Source: Haliotis rubra (Eukaryota). Taken from it: a stretch of 64,000 nt of DNA. Position 1 is the stretch's first letter. Each line of letters begins with the position of its first letter. The translations under genes were made by a program, and so were the position numbers. The notes under the pieces are model-generated. The model made no database searches. It saw nothing but the letters and a program-made list of their open reading frames with translations, and was not told where the DNA came from. Shown piece by piece: positions 25,824-39,962 of the stretch. The DNA is taken from contig NW_025765148.1 in NCBI RefSeq assembly GCF_003918875.1, forward strand, positions 186,001 through 250,000, read 5' to 3'.

Positions 25824-26848
25824 GCTGATTTTATTAATCAGAAATACATTACAGACACGACTGTGGAAGGCGGCTGTTCGTTAAATAAACTATCTGGCAC
25901 AAAGAAAATGCACACTTCAAAATTTGAATTTAACCAAACAATAACAAACGTTATAAAACCGTTACGAGGCTGAAATCATTTGCTGAAACACTTCCAGGTT
26001 AGAACACAGCTATAAACCCCGTTTAGGCTACATCAACATCGAATAACTAACTATATGTGTTTGTTGATATTCGCCACCATCAAACAGAGTGTTTAGTTTC
26101 AGTGTCCGGCGCGTCGGTAGAGTAGAATAGTGGTTAGTGGCGTTCGCCGAAGACTCGGGTTCGATTCCCCGCCGTGATATTGCTGGAATGTTGCTAAAAG
26201 CGGCGTATAACACTCACTTACACATCATTGCCCGTCAGTTCAATAAAACCTGAACCAAGCAAATACGTGATTACGACACAAGCGGCGATACACGTCACCA
26301 GGGTATGATGTAACCAGCAACACGGACACCTGATCACCCATGCTCTCTACCCACGACCAGCAACAGGGGGGTGGGGTGGGGGGTGGTTTTTGGCTCAGCC
26401 TGGCCCTGGGACTCACATTGTCATATATCAGCGCCATCTATATCATTGAATGATGACAGTAGAGTGTGTCCTTCACGTATTCTTGGGTTAAACGTCTATG
26501 AGTATTATCGCCACCATATTTCTCTTATGACATAAGCCGTTCAAATCGTTTGTTGCACGACGCACCGTCTAGGCGTTATCTCAGCCCACAGATCAGACCG
26601 ATAGTTCTTGACATATGATATAAACCATTATAGCCCGTGTCTCCTGTCAAACCGGATTAAAATAGAACGCTTTCAACCATACTGTGCAACAAACGAGCTG
26701 AACTTAATGGAGGTTGTTCAAAGGGAAACCAGAGGCTGAACGATCAACCACCACCTCACCACCAACAGCATCGACAGCAACAGCAACAACAACCGCAAAC
26801 GAAGTAGTAGGTGGGGTTCATGTCTATAGCACTTTCACGCATATGTCT

Positions 26849-26849
26849 A

Positions 26850-26880
<31 letters not shown>

Positions 26881-26896
26881 GTGTGTGTGTGTGTGT
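26849..26896. repeat. (GT)n microsatellite
   Basis: Direct reading. Confidence 0.95.
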
Positions 26897-27921
26897 ATTT
26901 GAATATGTGCGTATGTGAGTGCTTGTACTATCCTCTAAATATGTATGCTTTTATAGGAAACGTTCTGCGTTAGAATACGAAATTTCTATTTCCGACAGCA
27001 CGTGTTCGGTTTGTTATCTGTTTTGTGAGGAGGTCCTCCCGCAAAATGTGTGTAATAACAGTTGGATGTTATAATTTGATCATAAAACAAGCTTATATGC
27101 TCCTATGTAGCCTGGTTGTATCAAGACATACTACAGCTCATTGGCAATACATGGACATATCTTGTCTGTACTACGTAATATTTACATGTAGCAGAACACT
27201 GGTATCCAACGACAAATTTGTAACCGCGAGTGTTTGTGTGAGCTACAGAACATATGCGTTCTCTATCAGAACGTGTGTTTTGCTGTGAATAAAGATGATA
27301 TATAACGGTAAGCGGCACACTAATGTTCTATGCGAGAACACGTGTCCCAATGATAGAACACTGCTCTTTAGTTTTTCTTAGTGGCGTCGAAGGTTGTCCA
27401 TGTGACTCTCGTCTGGTGTATGAGAAAACTGGCGTGACGTCGCATTCATTATACGCTACAATTACTGTCACTTAATGGTACCTGTGGCAATATGAGTCGG
27501 TCGTGAATACCTTAGCTTCATATTTAATCCTTATATGAGGTAATTGTGTTCAATGGAAATAAACTAAATAGACGCATTCTGCAGTCATCGTTCTGCATCT
27601 GCACCTAAAAGGGTTTATTCCAAAACTGTTTTACAGTGCACACCGAAATCAGATGATCGGTTTATTTGAAACTCGGATCGCAGAACCGAAATATGAATGC
27701 GACAGACACGATCACATTACATAACGTGAAAACACCACATGTAAGATATCGGTAATAAAACCATATAATGGTCAAAAATAGAGAAAACCTGCCACATACA
27801 AAACGTGTAGCGGATGACATATTCTTGGCCATTTCAAGCCATTCTTCGCAAAATGTGTGCAATGAATTCCTGTTCTATTGCTACCATCACAGATGGATTC
27901 CGGAGTGTACCGTAAACGAAT

Positions 27922-28103
27922 GTACCGTATTTCCTGCAAAATTTGCGCCCTGGCGTATAATTTTTTCAACGGACTTTCAGACCCGGCGCTTATTAGAGTC
28001 CCGGCGCTTTTGCGCCTACTTGGTGTAATTACCGTAATTGTTAGTATGCTGCTTTACCCCCGTCGCTTATTAGAGATTGGGCGCTTATTAGAGGAAGTAC
28101 GAT
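27922..28103. mobile_element. pogo/Tigger-like MITE
   Basis: taccgtatttcct ... aggaagtacgata termini; internal ggcgcttattagag repeats. Confidence 0.55.
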
Positions 28104-29111
28104 ATGTTTGAGGTTCTATATATTGAGGACTGGACAGTGGTGTTCGGATATGCACTTGTGGTCTGTAACAAATCTCGGAAAATTCTTTTGCAGTTGCAAG
28201 GACATGTGCAGTGGTGACAACCCATCGACAAAGGCGGCGAGTTGTGTCATTACGGAAGGAACAAGGGGAAACCTACACAGGTCAGGTGTTTGGCTTTTAT
28301 GTGAAATACTTGCATTAAAGGACGTATTTCAGATTATCAGTATCGTATAAATTAGGTGACATTTCAGGCGAAGTGTGGATCACATGTTTCACAATGCTAC
28401 ACGAGAGTTTCCTGTGTTTTGCTGAGAACTCTGACTCACACAGTAGACCTCAATATCCGCGTGATCGTACAAAATCAGCATACCATAGATAATGCTACAC
28501 TTTAGAATTTCATCTGCGTGTAGTTATTCAAGAGAATGTGTATGGGTGTGTGACTGTAGTTTGAATTCTTACACGCCTTAGAAGACCATTGGGTAATCTT
28601 GGTTGGTTGTTGTTTAACGCCACACTCATCAATATTCCAGCTATATGGCAGCGGTCTGTAAATAATCGAGTCTGGACCAGACAGTCCAGTGATCAACAGC
28701 ATGAGCATCGATCTACGCAACCGGGATATGATGACGTGTGTCACCCGATCCCATTTATCGCCTCTTTTACGACAAGCATGGGTTGTTGAAGACCAATTCT
28801 AACCCGGATCCTCACGGGTACATTGGATAAACTGAAACTGGAGTTTGAATTGCACACGTACGAGTATATATCATTTCACCACATTACCATAAGTGTCAAA
28901 AGAAGTATTGAAAACGTCCTACAGATGTTATGTCGCCAGAAAACGTCGAATACTTCTACACATGTTTGTAGAGCACTACTGTTCATCGTTCAGAATACAC
29001 TGATGGGCTAAAGAAACGTTACCATTTTGAAATTGAAATTATATAAAAAATTCCAAATTCAGCTTCAATTACCATCACATGAAAACACATCGCCCAAACG
29101 CAATAATGAGT

Positions 29112-29344
29112 GAGTGAGTGAGTTAAGATTTAAAGTCACATCGGCAATATTTCAGCCATATCGTGACTAAAACTAGTTCTAAATTCATAATAAATACATA
29201 TAACATATAAAATCCTGTCAACGAAGGACAGCAAAATTACTAGATTATCACAAAAAATGGGTTAAAACTAGCTAGCATATATCTTTAAAAGTAGAAAACT
29301 ATTTTTGGACAATACAATGTAAAAATGGGCTATTGATCGCCAAC
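29112..29344 (-). mobile_element. 3' UTR fragment of a Nimb/I-like LINE nested in the Tc1 element
   Basis: (actc)n tail; similar to 51610-51830; flanked by repeated acgcaataatgagt. Confidence 0.7.
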
Positions 29345-29665
29345 ACGCAATAATGAGTTTTCCACTTGGAAATAAGTCATGTAATCCATGATTTTTCATC
29401 ATTTTGTCAAAATATGGTTTGCATGTTTTTCCCGCAAAGCGAAAGAATTAAATGCCAAACGGGTATAAAACCAATACAAACGGGTTGTCAGACATTCATT
29501 CTATCAAAAAACGTCCAAAAGAATGGCTCGATTAACTTTGCGACAACGAGCGATCGGAATGATCGAAATGGGAGCTTCCCACGCCCACGTTGCAAGAACG
29601 CTTGGCGGTCATCGCGTCACCGTCACCAGGCCCATGCAGCGATACCGTCAGACAGGACTGACCTC

Positions 29666-32260
29666 ACACAGGCCACGGTCAGGCACACCTCGAGTCACAA
29701 CACCCCAGGAGGACCGATACACAGGCCACGGTCAGGCACACCTCGAGTCACAACACCCCAGGAGGACCTCACACAGGCCACGGTCAGGCACACCTCGAGT
29801 CACAACACCCCAGGAGGACCGATACACAGGCCACGATCAGGCACACCTCGAGTCACAACACCCCAGGAGGACCGATACACAGGCCACGATCAGGCACACC
29901 TCGAGTCACAACACCCCAGGAGGACCTCACACAGGCCACGGTCAGGCACACCTCGAGTCACAACACCCCAGGAGGACCGATACACAGGCCACGATCAGGC
30001 ACACCTCGAGTCACAACACCCCAGGAGGACCGATACACAGGCCACGATCAGGCACACCTCGAGTCACAACACCCCAGGAGGACCGACACACAGGCCACGA
30101 TCAGGCACACCTCGAGTCACAACACCCCAGGAGGACCTCACACAGGCCACGGTCAGGGCACACCTCGAGTCACAACACCCCAGGAGGACCGATACACAGG
30201 CCACGATCAGGCACACCTCGAGTCACAACACCCCAGGAGGACCGATACACAGGCCACGATCAGGCACACCTCGAGTCACAACACCCCAGGAGGACCGACA
30301 CACAGGCCACGATCAGGCACACCTCGAGTCACAACACCCCAGGAGGACTGATACACAGGCCACGGTCAGGCACACCTCGAGTCACAACACCCCAGGAGGA
30401 CCGATACACAGGCAACGATCAGGCACACCTCGAGTCACAACACCCCAGGAGGACTGATACACAGGCCACGGTCAGGCACACCTCGAGTCACAACACCCAG
30501 GAGGACTGATACACAGGCCACGGTCAGGCACACCTCGAGTCACAACACCCCAGGAGGACTGATACACAGGCCACGATCAGGCACACCTCGAGTCACAACA
30601 CCCCAGGAGGACCGATACACAGGCCACGATCAGGCATACCTCGAGTCACAACACCCCAGGAGGACTGATACACAGGCCACGGTCAGGCACACCTCGAGTC
30701 ACAACACCCGGGGAGGACCGATACACAGGCCACGGTCAGGCACACCTCGAGTCACAACATCCCGGGAGGACTGATACACAGGCCACGGTCAGGCACACCT
30801 CGAGTCACAACACCCCAGGAGGACTGATACACAGGCCATGGTCAGGCACACCTCGAGTCACAACACCCGGGAAGGACCGATACACAGGCCACGATCAGGC
30901 ACAGCTCGAGTCACAACACCCCAGGAGGACTGATACACAGGCCACGGTCAGGCACACCTCGATGTCACAACACCCCAGGAGGACTGATACACAGGCCACG
31001 GTCAGGCACACCTCGAGTCACAACACCCCAGGAGGACTGATACACAGGCCACGGTCAGGCACACCTCGAGTCACAACACCCCAGGAGGACCGATACACAG
31101 GCCACGGTCAGGCACACCTGGAGTCACAACACCCCAGGAGGACTGATACACAGGCCACGATCAGGCACACCTCGAGTCACAACACCCCAGGAGGACCGAT
31201 ACACAGGCCACGATCAGGCACACCTCGAGTCACAACACCCCAGGAGGACTGATACACAGGCCACGGTCAGGCACACCTCGAGTCACAACACCCGGGGAGG
31301 ACCGATACACAGGCCACGGTCAGGCACACCTCGAGTCACAACACCCAGGAGGACTGATACACAGGCCACGGTCAGGCACACCTCGAGTCACAACACCCCA
31401 GGAGGACTGATACACAGGCCACGGTCAGGCACACCTCGAGTCACAACACCCCAGGAGGACCGATACACAGGCCACGGTCAGGCACACCTCGAGTCACAAC
31501 ACCCCAGGAAGACTGATACACAGGCCACGGTCAGGCACACCTCGAGTCACAACACCCGGGGAGGACTGATATACAGGCCACGATCAGGCACACCTCGAGT
31601 CACAACACCCCAGGAGGACTGATACATAGGCCACGGTCAGGCACACCTCGAGTCACAACACCCCAGGAGGACCGATACACAGGCCACGATCAGGCATACC
31701 TCGAGTCACAACACCCCAGGAGGACTGATACACAGGCCACGGTCAGGCACACCTCGAGTCACAACACCCGGGAGGACCGATACACAGGCCACGGTCAGGC
31801 ACACCTCGAGTCACAACACCCCGGGAGGACTGATACACAGGCCACGGTCAGGCACACCTCGAGTCACAACACCCGGGAAGGACCGATACACAGGCCACGA
31901 TCAGGCACACCTCGAGTCACAACACCCCAGGAGGACTGATACACAGGCCACGATCAGGCACACCTCGAGTCACAACACCCCAGGAGGACTGATACACAGG
32001 CCACGGTCAGGCACACCTCGAGTCACAACACCCGGGAAGGACCGATACACAGGCCACGATCAGGCACACCTCGAGTCACAACACCCCAGGAGGACTGATA
32101 CACAGTCCACGGTCAGGCACACCTCGATGTCACAACACCCCAGGAGGACTGATACACAGGCCACGGTCAGGCACACCTCGAGTCACAACACCCCAGGAGG
32201 ACCGATACACAGGCCACGGTCAGGCACACCTCGAGTCACAACACCCAGGAGGACCAATAC
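29666..32260. repeat. 53-bp minisatellite with 52-bp variants, about 49 copies, derived from transposase coding sequence
   Basis: Unit acacaggccacggtcaggcacacctcgagtcacaacaccccaggaggaccgat encodes HRPRSGTPRVTTPQEDRY. Confidence 0.95.
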
Positions 32261-33585
32261 AGAGTTACCAGACGACTGAGATCCTATGGATTCCAGCCTT
32301 ACAGACCTTTCCGGGGACAGTATTTGACAGCCGGACATCGTCGACGGAGACTTAAAAGGGCCCGTACAGTTCGACGTTGACAGCGACGTGACTGGCAGAG
32401 GGTGCTGTTCTCGGATGAAAGCCGCTTCTCTCTGTTAATTTTGTTCTATGGATCTATCTTTTGTGGTTAACAAAACACAGACGTTCTTGTGTGTTCCTCC
32501 CTTGTGTTATATGTAGTGTTCGCAAGTAGAACACTTGGGTTTTGAGTCTTGTCAGGACTAACGTTGGTTTGTTGTGGATACCATGCCGGTTTACACACAG
32601 CAAACTGACTCCGTGCCAGTTTGTCCTGGTTTAAGTCCAGCGTCAGGCAAGGTAACAACAAATGCCATCATGTAAATTCCTTTCGGTGCAACGCTGTGGG
32701 GGATCGAACCAGCCCTCTTCGGGCAGACACTGTATCCTCTAGAATACGGAGTCGAGTCCTATAATTCTGAGCGAATGAGTATGGTTTTAGGCCGCCTTTA
32801 GCACTATTCCAGCAATATGAAGGAGGGACACCATTCATGGGAAATCGAACCCGTGTCTTCAGCGTGACTGGCGAACACTTCAACCGCAGACCCCGTATGA
32901 TTCAGAGGGCAAATTGATCTAGCTGTTTTCGGGCATGTAGCATGTTTCGTTACTATGACAACTACCATTATTTATACTACGTCGTGGTAGACAGTGGCCT
33001 CGTCGCATACGTAACGTTCATAAACTGATATGAAAATGTCTTTGACCGTATGTTTTTTCTCAGTACTATCATTTTATACTACTCCAAGAAGTACTTCAAA
33101 TGATACAGACTATAGGCTGTGGTAGCAGGACATGGCCAGGCGTTCCTTAACTTGCTGTGAGTGGTATAGAACACCTATACAACATGAAGTCATGAGTTCA
33201 GTTCATATGGTAACAGGTATGTAAACAGTATCCCTGTAAGTCGAGTAATTTCGTGATATAGGTGGTTCGCAAAAACAGTAACATCCAAATTAAATCATTC
33301 AAACTACAACGTATTAAGACAAAATACATGTACATCTAAATTTGATGGAATTTCGAAGCACCTAAATATAACAACGCGCTTCAATATCTATATTTGCAAA
33401 AACGTTTCGGATCTATGTCGATAAGCGGCGATTCCGTCAAAAAGTAGAAACCTCATTATCATGATTTTGAAAACGAAACATAACCAAACTAACTGAGTGA
33501 TGTTGGGTGTAGACCGCTTTTGGACAGTTTCCTTTGCAGGTGAAGCTTGGAGTTTCAGCTTAACGTGGACGAAAGCCTCAAACCA

Positions 33586-33672
33586 CCCAAATAACATTTA
33601 GACGTTGGCCCAACGTTGGCAATGGTTTTGCCAACATTGCCAACGTTGGGCCAACGTCCAGATGCTAACTGG
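33586..33672. mobile_element. About 87-bp palindromic mini-MITE
   Basis: cccaaataacatttagacgttggcccaacgttggcaatg / cattgccaacgttgggccaacgtccagatgctaactggg. Confidence 0.65.
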
Positions 33673-35839
33673 GCAACCGTCCCTTCACAGCTGTTTTGAT
33701 AATCCCTAAGAACAATTCAGACTTTATGAGACAGATATGTTTTCGGGATTCATACATTACTAAAGTTGATTAAACTTACCTAAATCCTTATTCCATGTCA
33801 ACAGACGTCGAATACCAAACGACACCTGTATCCAACAAGACAATGATTGTTTACAGCGTGACAGTCAACTCCTCTACACCTGGAAGACACTGTGTGGAGC
33901 CTACCTAGTCAGCCTGGTATGTACATTGTGTTTTCCCCCCGCATCATTAACTGTAACTGGGCCGCGTGTCAATAACAACGCGTGGTGATTGATGCCTGGC
34001 AGCTTGTCGATATCACTGTCAACAACTCTCACATGAATAGGAATGAAGTCCCATTCAGTGATAGATAGGGTCGGCGCGGAGTGGGTGTTCAAAGTGAAGA
34101 TTGAGATTTTACGACGCTTTCATCAGTTACTGAGAACATCCTACACGTAATATTTTGTTTTTATTTTAATTACATTCGAAGCTACGACTTACTGCTAATA
34201 ACCCCGTCCGCCTCCAAGGGATAAGACGGTAAGGAAAACACCGTTATGTGATTAAGATTTGCCTGTGTTCTCAACTGAGCATGTGCCACCTTGAAATCAG
34301 GGTTAGAACTCGCAGCATCCCATACGTCTCATAACAGGCAATCGAGGGGATCGGGTGGTCAGGCTCGCTGACTTTATGCATGTCATCGTTTCCCATTTGA
34401 GTAGATATATGATCCAGATGACAATAACTTAACTGTTACACTGATATCTACAGAATGCCGTCATGCAGCCGGCATACGACTATGGGTTGTGTGGCGTTAA
34501 CCAACAAACAAACGAAGAAGTATATGTTTCCATGAAATGATAAGTGGCATATTGTAATATCTTAAACCTCAGAATACCACCGTCAGTTCCCAATAAATAA
34601 TAAGTTATGTTTATGGATCAGTGTAGTTAGTATAGTTGACAGGCTCATTTCGAGCGTCGCCATATCCTTGTTATTTCAGGATTATCGCTTTGATATAGTA
34701 TTTCCCTATACACAGCCTTGAGCTAGGTGCCCTTGAACGGCATACCTATTGACGCGAAACACCGAGAAAGACTGACATCACCTGAACCTTGGGAACGAAA
34801 GCAACATGAACCAAACTACAAGCATAGTTCCCATACCATATATACATGTAATTGACAAAAATGCACTCGATACAATATGTTGTCATCGTCTATTTTTGTT
34901 TCTTCACGCACATTCCAGCTGAGTCACAGGTCCGACTACCGTTACCATTACCTCCGTTTGTTTGTTTGTAGTTTGCAATATTCCGGCTATATGGCGGCAG
35001 TCTGTACATAACTGAGTCTGGGCCAGACAATCCAGTGATCAACATCATTAGCAGTTGCTACTGAGTTGCTTCCGTGGGGAACCCGATTTATAATTTATCC
35101 CAGCAGGTTATGCTGCTCCTTAAAAACCTTAATGGACAGGGTAATCAGACTCAGTTACTCGGTCATCGTAACGACGGCGTGACTCGTTGCTCTTAACATC
35201 AACCACTGGGTTGTGAACAGCAGACTCCACAGTATACAGGCCGCGATAATGTACCTCGAATAGTGGGCGTTAAACACTGACACCACCATCATGTTTACTA
35301 CATCAGATAGCTGTAATGTTGGACTAGAAATATAAGAAAACAACAGCTGTCATTATCCCCCCTCCACCCAACTCCCTCGTATCCACCTTCAAGTTGTTTA
35401 CTTTTGTAACCATGGAGACGCCAAACTTCCAACAGCGCCCTTAACCACAGGCCGTACACGGAAACAAAGAATTTAAAGGGGTGCTTCGCGCTCTATTATA
35501 CATGTTCGATACCCATAACCGATCGTTAATGGTTTTCAGTCTTAACCTGGATGTCAAGTTGTTGGCAGACAGGGTGGCGTGTCGGTTTATGATCCAAGCT
35601 AACAAACAAGCCAGCGAAAGAACCCACACAATACCCGTCACTGAAGGCCTTCAAGCCTCGACTTTAACAAATAAACCATTGAACAACGCCATGTCAAGCA
35701 TGTGGCATAACGTGTTTAGGAGGACATTCAAAAGGAATATATGTCATGTGTTAAACATTGTCAACAGTTCCCCGTGTAGCCCCTGTGGAGGTTTTTCGAA
35801 GTCCGATGTACATGCTAAGTACGAGTCCAGTGAACGTTA

Positions 35840-36705
35840 TAAGCCCAATCTAGGTGACGAGTCCAATCTTTGTGATAAGTCCGATCTACGTGATGAGTTC
35901 AATCTACGTGGTAAGTCCAATCTACGTGATACTAGTAAGTCCAATCTACGTGGTAAGTCCAACCTAGTGTTACGCCCAATCTAAGTGGTAAGTCCAATCT
36001 ACGTGAGAAGTCCAACCTACGTGATACGTCCAATCTACGTGGTACGTCCAATCTACGTGATAAGTCCAATCTACGTGGTAAGTCAAATCTACGTGAGAAA
36101 TCCAATCTATGTGGTAAGTGCAATTTAGGCGCTAAGTCCAATCTACGGGATAAGTCCAATCTACGTGGTAAGTCCAATTTAGGTGCTAAGTCCAATCTAC
36201 ATGATACGTCCAATCTACGTGATACGTCCAATCTACGCGGTAAGTCAAATCTACGCGAGAAGTCCAATATATGTGGTAAGTCCAGTTCAGGTGCTAAGTC
36301 CAATCTACGTGGTAAGTCCAATCTACGTGATAAGTCCAATCTACGTGGTAAGTGCAATCTAGTGAAACGCCCAATCTACGGGATAAGTCCAATCTACGTG
36401 ACACGTCCAATCTACGTGGTACGTCCAATCTACGTGGTAAGTCCAGTTTAGGTGCTAAGACCAATCTACGTGTAAAGTCCACTATATCTTCGTCATAACT
36501 CCAATCTTCGTCATAATTCCAATTTAATGATAAGTCCAGTCTGTCTCCGTGATAAGCCCAATCTAAGTGATAAGGCCAGTCTGCGTGGTAAGTCCAATCT
36601 ACGTGATAAGGCCAGTCTACGTGATAAGTCAAATCTACGTGATAAGGCCAGTCTACGTGATAAGGCCAGTCTGCGTGATACGTCCATCTATGTGATAAGT
36701 CCAGT
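35840..36705. repeat. Degenerate 18-bp minisatellite
   Basis: (taagtccaatctacgtg[a/g])n. Confidence 0.9.
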
Positions 36706-39109
36706 AAGACCAGTTGAGTGGAACACTGACAACAGTTCCTTGTTCAGAGTGGACATAAGACAGCCACCTCACTGAAAGTGGCCTAAACATGGTATTGTGG
36801 TTAACGTAACGTCGATCATGGTAATATGTGCCAACTGAGCGAGGCAATATATGTACATAATGCAGGATAATATTTGTATGTCGACCATGGTAATATCTGC
36901 CAGTTGAGCGAGGTAATATCTGTATGTCAAGCAGTATAATATCTCTATGTCGACCATGGTAATATATGTGTAATGGCTCTATGTGAGCATGGTAATATCT
37001 GTTTCTACGCTTTTAGCAGTAACAATCGGACTTCACACTGTACAAATGTCGGGAATCGAACCCAGACCTTTAACGTGACGACCGAACGCTTTAGCGCCCA
37101 TGCTAAACGACTGTCCCTCTGAAAACACTGCCTACATGTCGGAACTAGCACACCTGTGCTTGTGAATACAATTACAATAGACATAAATATACGTCAGAAC
37201 ATGAGAGTTGCGAGGCATTTCCAGCCCACAGGTCTCCTGTCCCTCCACATGAAAGGATGTCGTTGTTAATGACTTGGGAGTCAAATTACAGATTTATATA
37301 AATGTCCACAGAATACATATCAACAAAGTCAACGAGCTTTCAAGACGAACACATATTGTCCAACGAGCGATTAAATTCCTATTGAAGAGTCTAAACTTTC
37401 CTAATGGACGGGTGTTATTTCATTATAGTATTCAAGCGTTCGGTAAGGTTGAGAGCGTTCTAATGTAATACAGTCTGATATTGGGCAAGGGCTATAATGA
37501 CTTATTTTATACATCAAGAACTATCGGTTGATCTGTGGGTTTATATCCCGCCCAGGCGGTACGCCGTGCAACAAGCAACCTGAATAGCTTCAGTTATACC
37601 AGAAACATGGTGCAGATAAATACTCATAAACTTATGACCCAAGACTATGTACAGGACAGACATTACTGCCATCATTCCAACACACGGGTATATGACAGTC
37701 TCAAATATTCAAGTACTAAATGAATGCCGAGGGTTTCATGCTCAAGCTATGCATTTCTAATATACTCACCACAACAGTATTTCAGTATTATATGGATCAT
37801 GATATCATAAATACTTTAATATTGTAAATTGGGATGTTCCTTAACTCTTTTTGTTGAGTATATATGTAACAGGTGTAATCATCAATATGTTTCACCTGTG
37901 TAAGTTACTACTTCAGATTTAGTATAAACAGCATTTCTGTGGGTTCTGTGTAAAATTATGTATTAGTAATATTTTTGTTAATTATTGTCCAAAGTGCTTA
38001 TGTCTGTCAAATGATAAGTGTCGGGGACACAATACTTCATGCACCCGTGTATGCTGACCAGAACAAAGTGCCAGTACAAGCAACGAGGGCTGCCTAATGA
38101 TGAAACTTGTTTCTAGTACTCGGCGATGTTCTCGCGAATTCCTGCAACACCCCACTACCCCGCCATCTGGAGTTATCCCGTGAAGGTCGTTAGCTTCAAT
38201 CGATATCATCGATGCTTATGTTCCAATCACTGGTCTACCTGGTACAGACTTGAATATTTACTAACAACCGTTAAACAACACTGCTGCCAGGATGGGAACG
38301 CCACATTAACTTGGTGCGCCAAGTGGCTGCACGAGTTTTATGCTCTCCGGGGAGTTGAGATTGAAAATGCGATGTGCCGTTGAGATTGACATTGAATGGC
38401 CGAGGGAAAATATAGCGCTTTGAGCATGCATGTACATGGGATGGACTATAGCGTTATATAAATACCCATATATTAATATTAATAATACTAATATGCTGTT
38501 GATATGCGTGTTTCCCCAGGTTTCAAAAAGGGTTTCGTTGCAAACGCTCTTTACCCTCTAATTCAGTGTAAGACTAAAAAAATCAATAATTAACCTTTGG
38601 AATAGAATAGAAAAAATAGAAAAGTCGGCCATCCGTCATGCAATCTACCATTTTGATAAACGTAATGGTGGAAACAGCCACACTTTTGTGCGTCCCACGG
38701 GATTAAAAATCTGGGTCCCTTTCACAATTCCTATGGAGTAGGATACAGTATTTTGCGTACGGTAAAGTTTCTCCGCTGCTGAAGTCGTTCACTTCGGCTG
38801 TCGGATCGATAAAGTCATAAATCATATTATTGTGAGAGGGTCAAACATTCTGCCAACATCGATACCCACGATAGGGTCATAACGATGGGATAACGTGCTA
38901 GGGAGAGTAGAGACACTGGGTATATGACTTTCTTTATCACCCACGTGGAGAGATATCAAACACAGTTTGTAGGCTACAAGGGGTTTTATTGTGTTTGGAA
39001 AACATGGGGTGTTTACCAACACACTCACAAGTAAGACTAACTTTGTACTGCTTTGTATGGTGGCTCATCGTCGGTCCAATTCTGTAAGGCCTCAGATTGA
39101 CTGAAGAAG

Positions 39110-39845
39110 TAAGTGAATGGGTGGCTGAGTCGTTGAGGGGTTGAGTGAGTGGTTGAATGGGTGGTTGAGTGATTGAGTGAGTGGTTGTGTGGCTGAGTGG
39201 ATAGTTGAGTGGGTGGTTGAGTGAGTGGTTGAATGGGTGGTTGAGTGATTGAGTGAGTGGTTGTGTGGCTGAGTGGATAGTTGAGTGGGTGGTTGAGTGA
39301 GTGGTTGTGTGGCTGAGTGGGTGGTTGAGTGAGTGGTTGAATGGGTGGTTGAGTGAATGAGTGAGTGGTTGTGTGGCTGAGTGGATAGTTGAGTGGGTGG
39401 TTGAGTGAGTGGTTGTGTTGCTGAGTGGATAGTTGAGTGGGTGGTTGAGTGAGTGGTTGAATGGGTGGTTGAGTGATTGAGTGAGTGGTTGTGTGGCTGA
39501 GTGGATAGTTGAGTGGGTGGTTGAGTGGGTGGTTGAGTGATTGATTGAGTGGTTGTGTGGCTGAGTGGATAGTTGAGTGGGTGGTTGAGTGAGTGGTTGA
39601 ATGGGTGGTTGAGTGAGTGGTTGAATGGGTGGCTGAGTCGTTGAGGGGTTGAGTGCGTGGTCGAATGGGTGGTTGAGTGATTGATTGAGTGGTTGTGTGG
39701 CTGAGTGAATAGTTGAGTGGGTGGTTGAGTGAGTGGTTGAATGGGTGGTTGAGTGGGTGGTTGAGTGGGTGATTGAGTGAGTGACTGACTGAGTGAGTGA
39801 CTGAGCGAGTGGTTGAGTGAGTAGTTGAGAGTGAGTGTTTGACTG
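39110..39845. repeat. Compound (TGAG/TGGG)n repeat with 12-bp and higher-order periodicity
   Basis: gagtgggtggtt / gagtgagtggtt / gtgtggctgagtggatagtt blocks. Confidence 0.9.
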
Positions 39846-39962
39846 AGTTTATGTGCAGGCGAACAGTATTTCAGTTATATCACGGTGTCTGAGCTTGAGA
39901 AGGTATACCCCGTTTGATGACAGACGTTCATGTGTACCACTTTGACGATCCCCACGAACCAA

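Larger units (their letters stand above)
28998..32436 (+). mobile_element. Second Tc1-family element, 3'-truncated and disrupted by a minisatellite
   Basis: TA|cactgatgggctaaagaaac left end; MARLTLRQRAIGMIEMGAS...RYRQTG..HRPRSGTPRVTTPQEDRY at 29523; after the array VTRRLRSYGFQPYRP...DWQRVLFSDESRFSL. Confidence 0.85.

Noticed and set aside
29366-31252. 363-aa and 328-aa repetitive ORFs
   Set aside because: The 53/52-bp unit cycles through reading frames; it is a disrupted transposase, not a gene
35481-36775. ORFs with RRLDLS/KSNLRD repeats
   Set aside because: Derived from an 18-bp degenerate minisatellite with frameshifts
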